A stretch of DNA of 46,197 bases from a virus. Taxonomy: Duplodnaviria; Caudoviricetes. The notes beneath the pieces were generated by a model. The model did not search any database, was not told the origin of the DNA, and saw only the letters and a program-made list of their open reading frames with translations. Below are positions 20,833 through 31,585 of the stretch, one piece after another. How positions within the stretch are numbered: the first letter of the stretch is position 1; each line of letters opens with the position of its first letter. Location of the stretch: positions 1 to 46,197 of the IMG/VR virus record IMGVR_UViG_3300012952_003062, one strand, 5' to 3'. Both the position numbers and the translations under genes were made by a program.

Positions 20833-21266
20833 ATAAAACTCACTTCTTCTTTGTTCAGCCATTCTTCTGCTAACAAGACATAGCAATCTAAAAAGTTAAT
20901 GTATAACCAATCTTCTGTATTTATAGGTCTAATATTTGTTACTATAAATACAGGGCTTCTATTATACTTAAAGAATAATAAAGGCTCCTGGTCTCCTTTT
21001 ACAGCTTGGGAAACTACTTTAGTCCACCACCGTATTAAATTATTTGTTTTTACTTGCGTAAAAATTTTATCACTTAGAGGAGATTCCGCATAGTTTTTAA
21101 CTTCAATACAAAATCTATTTTTTTCATGAGGAACATATAAATCCCCCTTTAGGTACTCCAGCGCACCAGAGCTAGGCACTCTTTCAAATTGAAGGCCTAA
21201 CTTTTCCCTAAGTAAATCTCTAACTAAATATTCTCCTCTTGCTCCTTTTGATCTCGAATCTACCAT
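20829..21266 (-). CDS. Holliday junction resolvase-like endonuclease (T5 D14-like)
   Basis: SRSKGARGE...GDL...IEVK PD-(D/E)xK motif; T5 gene order. Confidence 0.85.
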   Translation of the reverse strand: MVDSRSKGARGEYLVRDLLREKLGLQFERVPSSGALEYLKGDLYVPHEKNRFCIEVKNYAESPLSDKIFTQVKTNNLIRWWTKVVSQAVKGDQEPLLFFKYNRSPVFIVTNIRPINTEDWLYINFLDCYVLLAEEWLNKEEVSFI

Positions 21267-21267
21267 A

Positions 21268-23064
21268 CTATTGTTCCAATGCACTTACGTTGCCTTTCTT
21301 TACTACTTCAATTTTCTCCAACAAAGGATGAGTCCAGCCATGAGAAACAACATAAGTGTTTAAATCTTCATTTAATAACACTTCTACTAGTTTTTCTCTC
21401 CCACTTTCGTCTAGTACATTTATTACTTCATCTAAAAATAAAATATTTATTCTGGACTTAGAGATACTACTCATTAATTTTCTAATTGCTATTAATGTAG
21501 CAGTATTTACTCTTGCTAGCTCCCCTGAAGAAAGGGCTAGAATGTCTACTATATTTTCATTGTCTGTAATTTGTACATTTAATTTATCATTGGAAACCAC
21601 GAATTCTAAAGTAAATCGCCCATCCGAAAGCTCAGCTAAGTATTGATTAGCTAACTCTTCTAGCTCTTTAACTAAGTTTTCTATTTTATAGGCCAACAAT
21701 CCGTTAGTACTAAAAGCTCTTTTTAGTATTTCTAGATTAGAGTCTAATTCTTGGCTATCTTTTAACACGGCTTTAGCTTTATCTAATTTAGCTATGAAAC
21801 CGTCAGTCTGTGCCTCTATTATCTCTATTCTAGTGTTATTTTTTGTTCGTGCCTCATTTTCTTTGGCGACTTCTTTTATTTTTGTTCTTGCTTCGTTCAG
21901 TGTCTCTTTTACTTTATTAATTTTAGCTTCTAAATCTTCTTTATCAAGAATCTCATAAGGTAAGTTAAAATCAATATTTCTATAGAGGTCTTCCCATTCT
22001 TTCTGGTATTTTACATTATATTCGAACTGTTTATTATGCTGTTTAATTTCTGATATTCTTCTCTCAATTTCATTTTGTCTTTCTGTTTCAGACATAATTT
22101 TAGTTGTCTCTAACGAGAGAAGAGACTCAATAAAGTCAGAATCTACATCTTGCTCACACGTAGGACATTTATCCTCTAGTTTACTTAATTTATCCAAAAG
22201 TCGTTTTGAACCCGCTACTGATTGTGACAAGCTACCTGCCTCTGCTTGAAGCTCATCGTAGGATTTTTTATCCTTAATAGGCGATTCTTGGATTGCTTCT
22301 ATATCGATCTTACTGAGCATCTGTTTATATTGTTCGTTTTGTAAAATTTTTTTATTTTTCGCAGAGATATTTTCAAGTTCTATCGTCAGGGAACTTAAAC
22401 TCTTCTCATATTGTTCCGTCTCGATTTCAAAATTTAATAGTGGTAGTATGTTGACATCCTCTAATTTATTTGTTTCCAACCATTTTTCAATGGTATTAAT
22501 TTCTGAGGTTACTCCAATAATACCTGCTGATGACTCTCTTGAAGCCTCTTTAAAGACTTCGAAAAGATTAACATATTCGTCTAAATGCAACAAATCTATC
22601 AGAAACTTTTTTCGATTTGTGTCTGTTGCAGTCAAGAATTGTAAACTAGCATTTGTATTTTGATAAACAAGTTGAGAAAAAGTTTTAAAATCAATTCCCA
22701 GTATTTCTTGTAAAGTTTTATAAGTATTTGTGGCAGTATGACTTGATATGTCTTCGCCATTTTTTTCTAACTTTACTTTTATACTTGACTTTCTATCTAC
22801 TGTTACACTATAGTCAATACTATCTTTTTCAAATTCTAAAAAGATAGTATAACCATCATTTATGTACCTATTTGGTATATCTGCTTTTTTGATTCCTTTT
22901 GAGTTTTTATTATAAAGAATCTCTTCAATAACTAACGGTATAGACGACTTGCCCATACCGTTAGTACCAATTATTTGAGTCACAGTATTATCATCTAATA
23001 CTAACTCATTGTCAGGGCCATAACTAAAGCAGTTACTCCACTTGAGCTTTTTGAGCGTAATCAT
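21268..23064 (-). CDS. SbcC/Rad50-like ATPase (T5 D13-like)
   Basis: Walker A GTNGMGKS; CPTC zinc hook; LSSGE signature; LFLDE. Confidence 0.93.
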   Translation of the reverse strand: MITLKKLKWSNCFSYGPDNELVLDDNTVTQIIGTNGMGKSSIPLVIEEILYNKNSKGIKKADIPNRYINDGYTIFLEFEKDSIDYSVTVDRKSSIKVKLEKNGEDISSHTATNTYKTLQEILGIDFKTFSQLVYQNTNASLQFLTATDTNRKKFLIDLLHLDEYVNLFEVFKEASRESSAGIIGVTSEINTIEKWLETNKLEDVNILPLLNFEIETEQYEKSLSSLTIELENISAKNKKILQNEQYKQMLSKIDIEAIQESPIKDKKSYDELQAEAGSLSQSVAGSKRLLDKLSKLEDKCPTCEQDVDSDFIESLLSLETTKIMSETERQNEIERRISEIKQHNKQFEYNVKYQKEWEDLYRNIDFNLPYEILDKEDLEAKINKVKETLNEARTKIKEVAKENEARTKNNTRIEIIEAQTDGFIAKLDKAKAVLKDSQELDSNLEILKRAFSTNGLLAYKIENLVKELEELANQYLAELSDGRFTLEFVVSNDKLNVQITDNENIVDILALSSGELARVNTATLIAIRKLMSSISKSRINILFLDEVINVLDESGREKLVEVLLNEDLNTYVVSHGWTHPLLEKIEVVKKGNVSALEQ

Positions 23065-23992
23065 TATAGGTCCCTATTATATTGCTTATTTGTTTTTCGG
23101 GAATCTCTAATATATAGCGTAGATACTCTACTAACTCTTCTTCGAGAGTCATGTCTTTCTCTATAATTAAAGAGGCTTCCGAGTTTCTTTTTATTACTTT
23201 TTTATCAAGTAATTCAGAGTTTTCTATTGAGGCTAGCTCTTGTATCCCACCTTCTATCTCATAAATAGTATGGTCATATTTTGTTTCTAACATTAAAGCA
23301 GGATCTTTAACTGTTTTTCTAATCAGTTGGGGCAGCTCAAAAGGTTGCCATGTCCACTCCCATGTTAAAGGTTTTATCATAAGATACCCTGTCTCTACAT
23401 GCTTTCTATGAAAAGATGTAGTCATAGGACTTCCAGGATATACAATGTTTCTTTGAGTATTGCTATGAGCATGTAAATCTCCTGCAAATATCACTGGAAA
23501 ATCATTAAACCTATCTAAGTCTACTTCGGGTTTAACATGAGGGGGTATTTCACCCCTCACATGAGTAAACAGAGGCTTTGTTGTATCAAACCACTCAATA
23601 CTACCTTTTTTATGCAATTCTGCATAAGGAAGTATACCAAACCCTAAATCTTCATCAATGTAAGATATATCTACCACATTTACAAGAGGATTAATATCTC
23701 TTGTAGCTTGTTTTAATTGACTAAAGAATGTACGATTTTTCCTAGTAGCTTCATGGTTCCCATCATAAATAACAGTAGGAATTTTTACTTGTCTGATAAA
23801 ATCAAAATATAAAGCTAGCTCTTCCATAGAGGGCAGTCGGTCAAATAAATCTCCTCCAATAATGTGCGTATTACAAACTTCGGAAAGTTCATGCACTTGT
23901 TTGAAAAATTCAAAATACCTTTTTTTGGCCCACTCAACTGGGACATTCTTTTGTCCCAGTTTTAAGTGCCAATCTGCCGTAAATAAAATCAT
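23033..23992 (-). CDS. SbcD/Mre11-like nuclease (T5 D12-like)
   Basis: TADWH, GGDLFD, GNHE, GDLH, YPGS. Confidence 0.93.
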   Translation of the reverse strand: MILFTADWHLKLGQKNVPVEWAKKRYFEFFKQVHELSEVCNTHIIGGDLFDRLPSMEELALYFDFIRQVKIPTVIYDGNHEATRKNRTFFSQLKQATRDINPLVNVVDISYIDEDLGFGILPYAELHKKGSIEWFDTTKPLFTHVRGEIPPHVKPEVDLDRFNDFPVIFAGDLHAHSNTQRNIVYPGSPMTTSFHRKHVETGYLMIKPLTWEWTWQPFELPQLIRKTVKDPALMLETKYDHTIYEIEGGIQELASIENSELLDKKVIKRNSEASLIIEKDMTLEEELVEYLRYILEIPEKQISNIIGTYNDYAQKAQVE

Positions 23993-24621
23993 GCGATATT
24001 AAACTCTGCTTCAATACTTTCGTCAATCTCTTCAGAACCGCCTACATTATCCCTAATTCTATCAAGAAGCTCTTTTTGAGCATCAGGGGTAGGACGAGGC
24101 ATTACATCGTCCATAGACTTCAACTCTGCCACAAGTTCCATTTCGCTTTCAGTAAGCGCACTAGACTTACACTTTAGTGGTTGAAGTTGGTACTCTACAT
24201 TATAAGGTAGAGGCCCAGTTTTCACCCTCTTAAACTTAACTGACCAGCCCGTTTCAGTATCAGTAGGGTCACCCAAATCTTCAGCAGCAGTAATAATTTG
24301 CTCCCAAAGTTTCTTTTTAAGGTTTACAACCTTAACTTGACCATTGTCAATACATTGTGTGGCATAGCTCCACCCACACTTTAAGTCAGGATAAAACTCT
24401 CTAACCCAGTCTTTTTCCTTATTATTAAAAGCCTCTTCATTTCTATCGAAAGAAAGACACTCAAAAGGAATGTTCTTGTCGTTCTCGCCTTTTATCCAGT
24501 AAACATAGCGAGCAAGAATGTCTCCAACCAATCGGAACTCATTGTCCCCATCCTTGTATTGGAAGCTAGTAATATTCGACTTTTGAGCCGACCCTTTTTG
24601 TTTGTTAAATGAAATTGCCAT
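23989..24621 (-). CDS. T5 D11-like putative ssDNA-binding protein
   Basis: RYVYW...LKKK...GDPTD...NVEY; acidic C-terminus; T5 synteny. Confidence 0.8.
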   Translation of the reverse strand: MAISFNKQKGSAQKSNITSFQYKDGDNEFRLVGDILARYVYWIKGENDKNIPFECLSFDRNEEAFNNKEKDWVREFYPDLKCGWSYATQCIDNGQVKVVNLKKKLWEQIITAAEDLGDPTDTETGWSVKFKRVKTGPLPYNVEYQLQPLKCKSSALTESEMELVAELKSMDDVMPRPTPDAQKELLDRIRDNVGGSEEIDESIEAEFNIA

Positions 24622-25026
24622 TTATTTTTCTCCGTAAGATGACTTCTCGTATAAAAAATGTAGGAACCCTTCTTCTATACTGAGTAGCCTGTTGTTGTTA
24701 ATCATTTTTGTTGAGTTGGTGACAGGAATTAATAATACGTCAAGACTTAAACTTTTGGTATTATAATAATCCGCCACAGATCGCAGAGAACACAGAAAAA
24801 TATATTCTGTGATTTCACGATTCGTATACTTATATGAGAGGTGTAAGAGGGCTTCTGGGTTGAGCATGAAACTAACCCCTGAGAAGTTTTTCTGCGAATA
24901 TTTATAGATGGGATCGTAACGATTTTTAGGAACCTGTTTATTAACAAGCATTTTAAAAATTCGTACTATCTCACGGGTTTTGGCGTTTCCCGCACTATAA
25001 ATTTTCGACCAGTCATATAAGAACAT
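24622..25026 (-). CDS. T5-like hypothetical protein between D10 and D11
   Basis: 134-aa ORF filling the gap; synteny. Confidence 0.65.
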   Translation of the reverse strand: MFLYDWSKIYSAGNAKTREIVRIFKMLVNKQVPKNRYDPIYKYSQKNFSGVSFMLNPEALLHLSYKYTNREITEYIFLCSLRSVADYYNTKSLSLDVLLIPVTNSTKMINNNRLLSIEEGFLHFLYEKSSYGEK

Positions 25027-25028
25027 AT

Positions 25029-25057
25029 ATTATACTAAAAAATAACCTACGTGTCAA
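25029..25057 (-). promoter_or_regulatory. sigma70 promoter
   Basis: TTGACA-17-TATAAT on the minus strand. Confidence 0.85.
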
Positions 25058-25068
25058 GAACTATTTTT

Positions 25069-26352
25069 TTAAAGTTGTTTGATTTTATAACCCTGTTTCA
25101 TGTAGTAGCCCATCCTATTGGAAGCCTGTCTTTTTGCAGTATTCCCAACTAGATGTATATCCACAATTACGGGGCTGAGCTTATTTTCTTCTTTTCGTAT
25201 TACTCGACCTATTAGCTGAGTAAGCAAAGGCTCATTATTTATAGGAGTTCCAAGAATTAAGCAACTTAAGTTATTTAAGGATATTCCTTCCGAAAAAATA
25301 GCTTGCGTACCAAATAATATATCTTTCTTATTATTCCTAATTTCAGCCATATATGTTTCTCTGTCCTCATGGGAAACCTCGCCCGTAACACATATAGCTC
25401 TATCACCTGCTAGTTCGGCGCAGGCTTTTAAAAAATGCACTCTATCACTCACTACAAGTACCTTGTGGCCTCTTGCGGCGTACGCCGCAGCAGCCATAGC
25501 AACAGTATGACGATACTCATTATCGTTGGCTAAGTGTGTCACTCTATTTGCCCAAGGAGTTCGTGCGCCATCCATAAATCTAACCTCGGATCTTAAAATA
25601 TGAATTGTAGGGGACATGAAGTTTTCTTTCGGGGGTTTATAGACATTTTGTCCAAAGTAATCTCGAAAAACTACATGTTTACCATCTTTTCTTTCTATAG
25701 TTCCTGACAATCCTATCTTATATCTTGCATAGTTAGTATCTATAATTTTAGAAAACGTTGGGGATGAGACATGATGCATTTCATCCAAAATGATAGTCCC
25801 AAATTCCCGTTTAATCTCGGGAAGCTTTCTATACAATGTCTGAGTATTTCCAACCACAATGGGCTTAGAAAGATCAAAGTTCCCACTACCAATGATAGAA
25901 GGTTTAAATCCATAGACTTTCTCCACTTCTTTTGCCCACTGATTTCTTAGTGGGACAGTATGAGTTATAACAAGGGTTTTTTGACCCAATTTACCAGCTA
26001 TTGCAAGACCTGTAAAAGTCTTACCCCAGCTGACCCAAGCGTTAATTATAGCGTTATCATCAATTGCGTCATAAACTTCCTTTTGGCTTTTTCGTAAAGT
26101 GAATTTAAATTTTGGAAGTTCTTGGCATGACATTTGCCTATTATCAGAAACTTCGTAATCTTCTGGTATTAAATCCGTTCTTCCTACAGGGATACTAACT
26201 AAGTTGGAGCGTATCCGTACCATATTCTTTATTACTAAAGGAGGGTCATTAGGGTTGTGCGAAGGAATTGTATACGTCAGTTCTTTGCTTAAAAAGTCCT
26301 TATACTCATTACTTACTTCCATGTAAATTCTATTACTTATTATTGCTTTCAT
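25069..26352 (-). CDS. SF2 DExH helicase (T5 D10-like)
   Basis: WGKT, DEMHH, LSGT, QLIGRVIR. Confidence 0.92.
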   Translation of the reverse strand: MKAIISNRIYMEVSNEYKDFLSKELTYTIPSHNPNDPPLVIKNMVRIRSNLVSIPVGRTDLIPEDYEVSDNRQMSCQELPKFKFTLRKSQKEVYDAIDDNAIINAWVSWGKTFTGLAIAGKLGQKTLVITHTVPLRNQWAKEVEKVYGFKPSIIGSGNFDLSKPIVVGNTQTLYRKLPEIKREFGTIILDEMHHVSSPTFSKIIDTNYARYKIGLSGTIERKDGKHVVFRDYFGQNVYKPPKENFMSPTIHILRSEVRFMDGARTPWANRVTHLANDNEYRHTVAMAAAAYAARGHKVLVVSDRVHFLKACAELAGDRAICVTGEVSHEDRETYMAEIRNNKKDILFGTQAIFSEGISLNNLSCLILGTPINNEPLLTQLIGRVIRKEENKLSPVIVDIHLVGNTAKRQASNRMGYYMKQGYKIKQL

Positions 26353-27026
26353 ATCCCCAGTACTTGTTTGGCGGTAATATAGTCTTTGACGAACCCACTA
26401 CGAACAATATCTTTAATATCAAAATCAATTAAATCAAAGTATTCGGTAGCTTTTAAAATTTTTACAAAGGTATGTAAGCCTTTTTTCTCTGCTTCAGCTT
26501 TTAAATCAGATTGACGAAAATCTCCACAGAAAATTACTCTACAGCCTTCTCCTATTCTTGTAATTATTGAGTCTAGCTCATGAAATGACATATTTTGACA
26601 TTCATCAACTATAATATAAGAATCTCGTAAAGTAATACCCCTAATAAAAGAAGTAGTCATAAACTCTACTAAATGCTTGCTTTTTAGTATATCATAAGCG
26701 TCCCCTCTTTGAAACAGCTCCACACAAATATCCTTGTAGGGTTGTTCATAGATAGCAGTTTTTTCTTTTTCTGTTCCAGGAAGAAATCCTATATCTCTAG
26801 TAGGTACAGCACTTCTTATAATAACTAATTTTTTAGCCATGCTTTTTATCATATCGTCAAAAGCAAGGTAACAGGAAATAAAAGTCTTTCCTGTGCCTGC
26901 AACTCCGTGTAGAACTAAATTTTTTCCACTTTCAAAAGCCTTTAACTGATTTCGTGTTAATGGCTCTATTTCATGTAAAGTTAAGCTCGCAGCTTGTAGT
27001 GTTCGATTTTTTGCTTTACTAACCAT
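26349..27026 (-). CDS. phoH: PhoH-like ATPase
   Basis: GVAGTGKT, IGFLPG, RGITL, DECQN, GDFRQSD, IVRSG. Confidence 0.95.
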   Translation of the reverse strand: MVSKAKNRTLQAASLTLHEIEPLTRNQLKAFESGKNLVLHGVAGTGKTFISCYLAFDDMIKSMAKKLVIIRSAVPTRDIGFLPGTEKEKTAIYEQPYKDICVELFQRGDAYDILKSKHLVEFMTTSFIRGITLRDSYIIVDECQNMSFHELDSIITRIGEGCRVIFCGDFRQSDLKAEAEKKGLHTFVKILKATEYFDLIDFDIKDIVRSGFVKDYITAKQVLGI

Positions 27027-27599
27027 TTATCTGGTAATCCTTGTTTCATAGCTTGCCTCGTCTTCTATCCACCACGGAGGCTTTTCTCTTCCTTTCCATG
27101 AAGCAAAAGTAGCTTTATCTTTATGATAAAATCTACGATAGGCTTCTATGGCGTCTTGTCCTTTAAGCTCGTCTGGCATAGCCTGAGCAAAAGGAGTGAG
27201 TCCATCTCTTGGTAAGCATAATGGATCTGGGAGTTTGAGTATGACACTATGCACTGATTTATGGCTTCGGCCGTATCGGTATCCGTACTCGCTGTCGAGA
27301 GCCAACGCATAGCAGTATAACCATTCATAATTATCCAGGCTAGTACGAGCCCAGACAGTACAAGGATGGTTGTACATGGTTGGAAGGTAGGGGAAAGCCC
27401 TTTCTTCATTTTTCTTTTCCTCCTTTAAAACCGCCCACTCCTCCGACGTGAGCTTTCTTGGAATATATCCTAAATACTTATCCACCCAATGATTAGTGCA
27501 TAGCATTTGTGCGGCTTCTAGAGGCATCTTTACAATGTGCTTATCTACATGATACTCAGCGCATTTATCGATATCCGTATCTAAAATAAATATATTCAT
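27027..27599 (-). CDS. Pyrimidine-dimer DNA glycosylase-like protein
   Basis: MNIFILD...HVDKHIVKMPLEAAQML...NHPC.VW...EY.YRY. Confidence 0.65.
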   Translation of the reverse strand: MNIFILDTDIDKCAEYHVDKHIVKMPLEAAQMLCTNHWVDKYLGYIPRKLTSEEWAVLKEEKKNEERAFPYLPTMYNHPCTVWARTSLDNYEWLYCYALALDSEYGYRYGRSHKSVHSVILKLPDPLCLPRDGLTPFAQAMPDELKGQDAIEAYRRFYHKDKATFASWKGREKPPWWIEDEASYETRITR

Positions 27600-27602
27600 A
27601 AT

Positions 27603-28097
27603 TTAAACTTTTCTTCTAGTGTTATCTTTTTTATTTTCTGAGAACTCGTACAGCATCCAAGGTATTCCTTTTAAATGTAACATACCAGCCCACTTTTGTT
27701 CATGTAGTGGAGGTCGAGGTATCTTAATAGGAAAAGAAATATCTTTTAGCCATAAGACTGATGCAACATCCTTTCTCTCTACTTTTCTTATTCTATAGTA
27801 TCTTAGAGAACAAGAAATACTTTTTTCATAAATGAAAGGCGTTCCATCATTATCTATAAAAGTTGATACATTTTGTTTAATAATTCCTAAATGGCTATTT
27901 AGACTTGCTTTTAAAGGATATAATTCTTTAAAGCCAGTTTGAAGTCTTCTTAAACCTAATGTGGCCCCTTTCATGTTTTTATCATCTACTAATTTATCAT
28001 CTACAAAGAGCAGGCCATCCTGCTCTTCCCAGTTAGATGAGTTTAGTAAAAAAATCGGAAATGTAATGTTGTTAATCGTTTTGTAAGTAACTACCAT
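27603..28097 (-). CDS. T5-like hypothetical protein downstream of the polymerase
   Basis: Start refined to the ATG at 28097; synteny. Confidence 0.65.
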   Translation of the reverse strand: MVVTYKTINNITFPIFLLNSSNWEEQDGLLFVDDKLVDDKNMKGATLGLRRLQTGFKELYPLKASLNSHLGIIKQNVSTFIDNDGTPFIYEKSISCSLRYYRIRKVERKDVASVLWLKDISFPIKIPRPPLHEQKWAGMLHLKGIPWMLYEFSENKKDNTRRKV

Positions 28098-30354
28098 ACA
28101 TCTTTTCGAACTTACCCATAGAATAATCCTCTCCGATTTCAAAATCACAACCAACCGGAGCTCCTGGAATACTTATTCCTCTGTCCAGCTGTACGAAATG
28201 CTGCAATTTTTCTGAGTAGTGTTCTACTTCCTCCTCTGGAACTTCAGCAAGAATTGAATCATGCACCAAAGCAAATATTCTAGCTTTCATCTTTCGGGTT
28301 TTAATATATTCACCCATATCGATAGCACCTAAAAGATTAACATCTGAAGCAGCTGATTGTACCAAGAAATTAAGGCCAGACCTAATAGAATGACTACGAA
28401 TACCAGGATCCTCAGAAGCGACGTTTGGTAGTCTTCGCTTTCGTCCAAAAAACGAATATACAAACTTATTCTGTGCAATAAATTCTTGATTTTTCTCAAT
28501 CCAAGCTTTAAGGCGGTTAAAAGATTTAAAGTAGTCATCAATAACTGCTTTAGCTTCTTGTACACTGAAATAACTCCCTGAATCTTTGGTTACTTGTTGA
28601 CTTATTTTTTGTGGGCCAGCCCCATACATAATACCAAATGTAACAGCTTTAGCAGCCTGTCGCTCAGTAGAATAGTGTTCTGCAACGTCTCCCACTTCGC
28701 AAGGTAGTTTAAATACTGTTTTAGCAATGGTACTATGAAAATTACCTCCTGATCTAAAGACATCCATAAGAGCTTTATCTTCTGCGAGTTTTGCAGCAAC
28801 ATATACTTCAGCAGTAGTCAAGTCCATTGCAACAATCTTGTTACCTTCCTTAGCTCTAATACAACCTTTTACGATTGGATTATCTCTAGGAAGCTGCTGC
28901 ATATTTAGCTTCCCGGAAGATGATAGACGGCCAGAAGTAGTACCATGAAGATTAAAGTTGGTACGAAGGCGGGCGTCGCGATCCAGTTGTGGAATGATCT
29001 TATCAAGATAGGTGTTCTTAATCTTACTCTTCTGCCTAATCTCAAGAATATGTTTTGGAACCTCATGTTTTTCTCCAAGCTCTTGGAGCACTTCTGCATC
29101 TGTTGAGTTTGCTCCAGTTCCTGTCTTTTTACCTGTAGGAGCTAATCCTATGTAATCAAATAATAATGCACGTAATTGTACTGTACTATTTGGGTTAAAA
29201 TCTTTTCCTTGAGCAACTTCAAACTTCTTTACTGCATCAAAAGTATATAGCTCGTTTATCGCATCGTCTATATTATCTTGCATAAGACTTTGAGAGATTA
29301 GGAGCCGTTGTCGATCAAAAGGAACACCGTTATCCTGAGTATCCATTAGAAATCTGCAGCCAGGAATCAAGATATTATCATAAACCCACTTTAGTTTTGG
29401 GTTTTGTTTAATTTTTACAAACTTTTCATAAAGAACGTAAGTACATACTGCATCCATAGCAGCATACGTTTTCATTGTATCAAAAGGAATCATATCCCAT
29501 GAAAAGTTTTCCGCATTAAGTCCATTAGCTCTTTTATGCTGATCTATCCAATCATACATGGGCTTTTCATAATCTCCATAAGGAGTGAACTTAATGGCTA
29601 ACTGTTTCAAACCATGCCCTCCGGGATTCTCGTCTATGAGGTAATGGAGCAACATGGTGTCTTCAAAGTCAGGAAACTCAAAGTTAAAATGATACTGAAA
29701 GAACGCTATATCGAACTTTGCATTATGAAATATAACTTTTTTGTTTAGAAAAAGTCTTTTAAGTAATGCTTCTATTTCTTCATCAAAGCACTCTGTGTCT
29801 ATATACACTCCGTGCTGACCATTATAGGACATAGAAAGACCAAGCATATAACCATTTCTCGGGTATAAGCCGGTAGTCTCTGAGTCAAGTGCAATATATT
29901 CGCCAGGATCAGCTAAAGCTTCTATAATCCACTCTTTAGCTTCCGCAGTATCTTGTATACCTTTAGCAATAGTTTCGTCTATAATGACATCTTCTATTTC
30001 TCCTTTGATATACTTTATAATACTTTCTTTTGAGGATTCCCACGACTTTCTTGCTTCTGGCTTGAATTTAAGCATAGAAGGGTTGATTACAGGTAAAAAT
30101 TTACCATCCACTTTTTTACCTGTGTATTCTGTCACGGAATTAATTTTTGTAAAGTATTTCAGAGCATCACTACCTACTAGGACTACCCAGTCGTAATTAT
30201 CTGTGTTTATGTCTATATCACAGTCTCGTTTTAATACTTTTTTAATTGAGGGGTCAGAACATAGTTGGTATCTATCAAATTCAAACTGATTATCGAATTC
30301 TGATACAAAGTCTGTTCGACTTGGTTTAGTTTCTATTAATGCAACTTTAGGCAT
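28072..30354 (-). CDS. Family A DNA polymerase with 3'-5' exonuclease and N-terminal UDG-like region
   Basis: DSETTGL, HNAKFD, YAAMD; TSGRLSS; RQAAKAVTFGIMYG (motif B, Phe at the 762-equivalent site); LVHDS. Confidence 0.95.
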   Translation of the reverse strand: MPKVALIETKPSRTDFVSEFDNQFEFDRYQLCSDPSIKKVLKRDCDIDINTDNYDWVVLVGSDALKYFTKINSVTEYTGKKVDGKFLPVINPSMLKFKPEARKSWESSKESIIKYIKGEIEDVIIDETIAKGIQDTAEAKEWIIEALADPGEYIALDSETTGLYPRNGYMLGLSMSYNGQHGVYIDTECFDEEIEALLKRLFLNKKVIFHNAKFDIAFFQYHFNFEFPDFEDTMLLHYLIDENPGGHGLKQLAIKFTPYGDYEKPMYDWIDQHKRANGLNAENFSWDMIPFDTMKTYAAMDAVCTYVLYEKFVKIKQNPKLKWVYDNILIPGCRFLMDTQDNGVPFDRQRLLISQSLMQDNIDDAINELYTFDAVKKFEVAQGKDFNPNSTVQLRALLFDYIGLAPTGKKTGTGANSTDAEVLQELGEKHEVPKHILEIRQKSKIKNTYLDKIIPQLDRDARLRTNFNLHGTTSGRLSSSGKLNMQQLPRDNPIVKGCIRAKEGNKIVAMDLTTAEVYVAAKLAEDKALMDVFRSGGNFHSTIAKTVFKLPCEVGDVAEHYSTERQAAKAVTFGIMYGAGPQKISQQVTKDSGSYFSVQEAKAVIDDYFKSFNRLKAWIEKNQEFIAQNKFVYSFFGRKRRLPNVASEDPGIRSHSIRSGLNFLVQSAASDVNLLGAIDMGEYIKTRKMKARIFALVHDSILAEVPEEEVEHYSEKLQHFVQLDRGISIPGAPVGCDFEIGEDYSMGKFEKMYGSYLQND

Positions 30355-31174
30355 ACAGTTTTTTCTCCAATCCATCTACTTGTGCTTGTGTTAGTGCTCC
30401 CGGATCCAAATTCTTTAGGGAAACGTTTCGAGCAAAGAGACCAATTCTCTCACACATTAGTTTAACGTTTTCTGCAGCTTTTTGTCCTGCTTCGTCTCCA
30501 TCAAAGAAGATAGTTAATTTAGTAGCCCCCTTCATAACGAGCATACTTAACTTATCTTCATTAATATTGTTAGTTCCAAAACAACAAACTGCATTAGTGA
30601 GTCCTTTATCATGTAAATTAATTACATCATAAATTCCTTCTACTAATATTATATCTCCCATTCGAGGGGACACTTGAGGAAATAGTGGCAGCTTTACTCC
30701 TGAAGGAGAAAACTTATACTTAGGAGTCCCACCCGAGGTGTGTCTTCCTTGAAATGCTACTATTTTCCCCGAAATGTCTCTGATGGGAAAATTAATTCTA
30801 CTTACATAATCCTGTCCAGCATGTTCAAATGCTTCGAATTTTTTGTAAGTTTTCGGAGATATATCTCTCCAATTACCTATGTAAGGTATATAGTCTGTAG
30901 GAAAAGAGAGACCAATATTCTCTGCTCTCTTTTCTTGTATTTTTTTCTTTAATAGCTCTCTTTTTATTTGTAGACCAGATACTTTTTCTCCGAAGAAGGA
31001 AAATAAATTACCTTTAAACTCGCAGGAGAAACAGTTGAATCGACCATCAATCTGGTCTATTCTCATGCTCGGGTTGTTGTCCTCGTGCTCCGGATTCAGG
31101 CACTTCACTACAAAGTCCTTCCCCTTCGGAACAAAGGCTATCCCCTTCTGTCTCAGTAATTCCTCTACTGTCAT
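30347..31174 (-). CDS. DNA primase (zinc finger plus TOPRIM)
   Basis: CLNPEHED..PS...CFSC; LVEGIYD; FDGDEAG; GGAGG SD before the ATG at 31174. Confidence 0.92.
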   Translation of the reverse strand: MTVEELLRQKGIAFVPKGKDFVVKCLNPEHEDNNPSMRIDQIDGRFNCFSCEFKGNLFSFFGEKVSGLQIKRELLKKKIQEKRAENIGLSFPTDYIPYIGNWRDISPKTYKKFEAFEHAGQDYVSRINFPIRDISGKIVAFQGRHTSGGTPKYKFSPSGVKLPLFPQVSPRMGDIILVEGIYDVINLHDKGLTNAVCCFGTNNINEDKLSMLVMKGATKLTIFFDGDEAGQKAAENVKLMCERIGLFARNVSLKNLDPGALTQAQVDGLEKKLYA

Positions 31175-31267
31175 GTTTAAATTGTACCCTCCTTCGGGCA
31201 TGGTAGTATTGTAATTGTCTTTGGTGTCTTAGTCTACGCTGTTGGTTTCTTACTCGATTGCTACTCA

Positions 31268-31585
31268 TTATCGTCCTATATTCTTAATATCTGACTCAGG
31301 AATAACCTGATAAGCTCCCTTATTGTATGCAGGAGCAATGGTGTACTGTTTACTAATTTCTTGTCTGTAAGAAGTATCCTCTACTTTTTTTGTACGAAGA
31401 GGCTTGAAAGTTGCTGACTTGTACTCGGTTGCTTGTCGCGCCCAAGAAACAGGCTTGAACTCATGTTCTTGCCTTGCCCAAAAAGCAGGCTTGAACTTTT
31501 TAGCTTTTGTTTTTTGAGAGGGCTTGAACTTTTTCTTTTTTCTTCCAGATGCATCATACAGTAAACTACCATGGATTATTGCCAT
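31268..31585 (-). CDS. Basic hypothetical phage protein
   Basis: C-terminal YTIAPAYNKGAYQVI motif; GGAGG SD; short internal FKP.xWARQ duplication. Confidence 0.7.
   Translation of the reverse strand: MAIIHGSLLYDASGRKKKKFKPSQKTKAKKFKPAFWARQEHEFKPVSWARQATEYKSATFKPLRTKKVEDTSYRQEISKQYTIAPAYNKGAYQVIPESDIKNIGR

Noticed and set aside
31047-31268. Arg/Gln-rich 73-aa ORF overlapping the primase start
   Set aside because: More than half overlaps the primase in another frame and it has no motif; the TAATG coupling leaves it possible but unsupported
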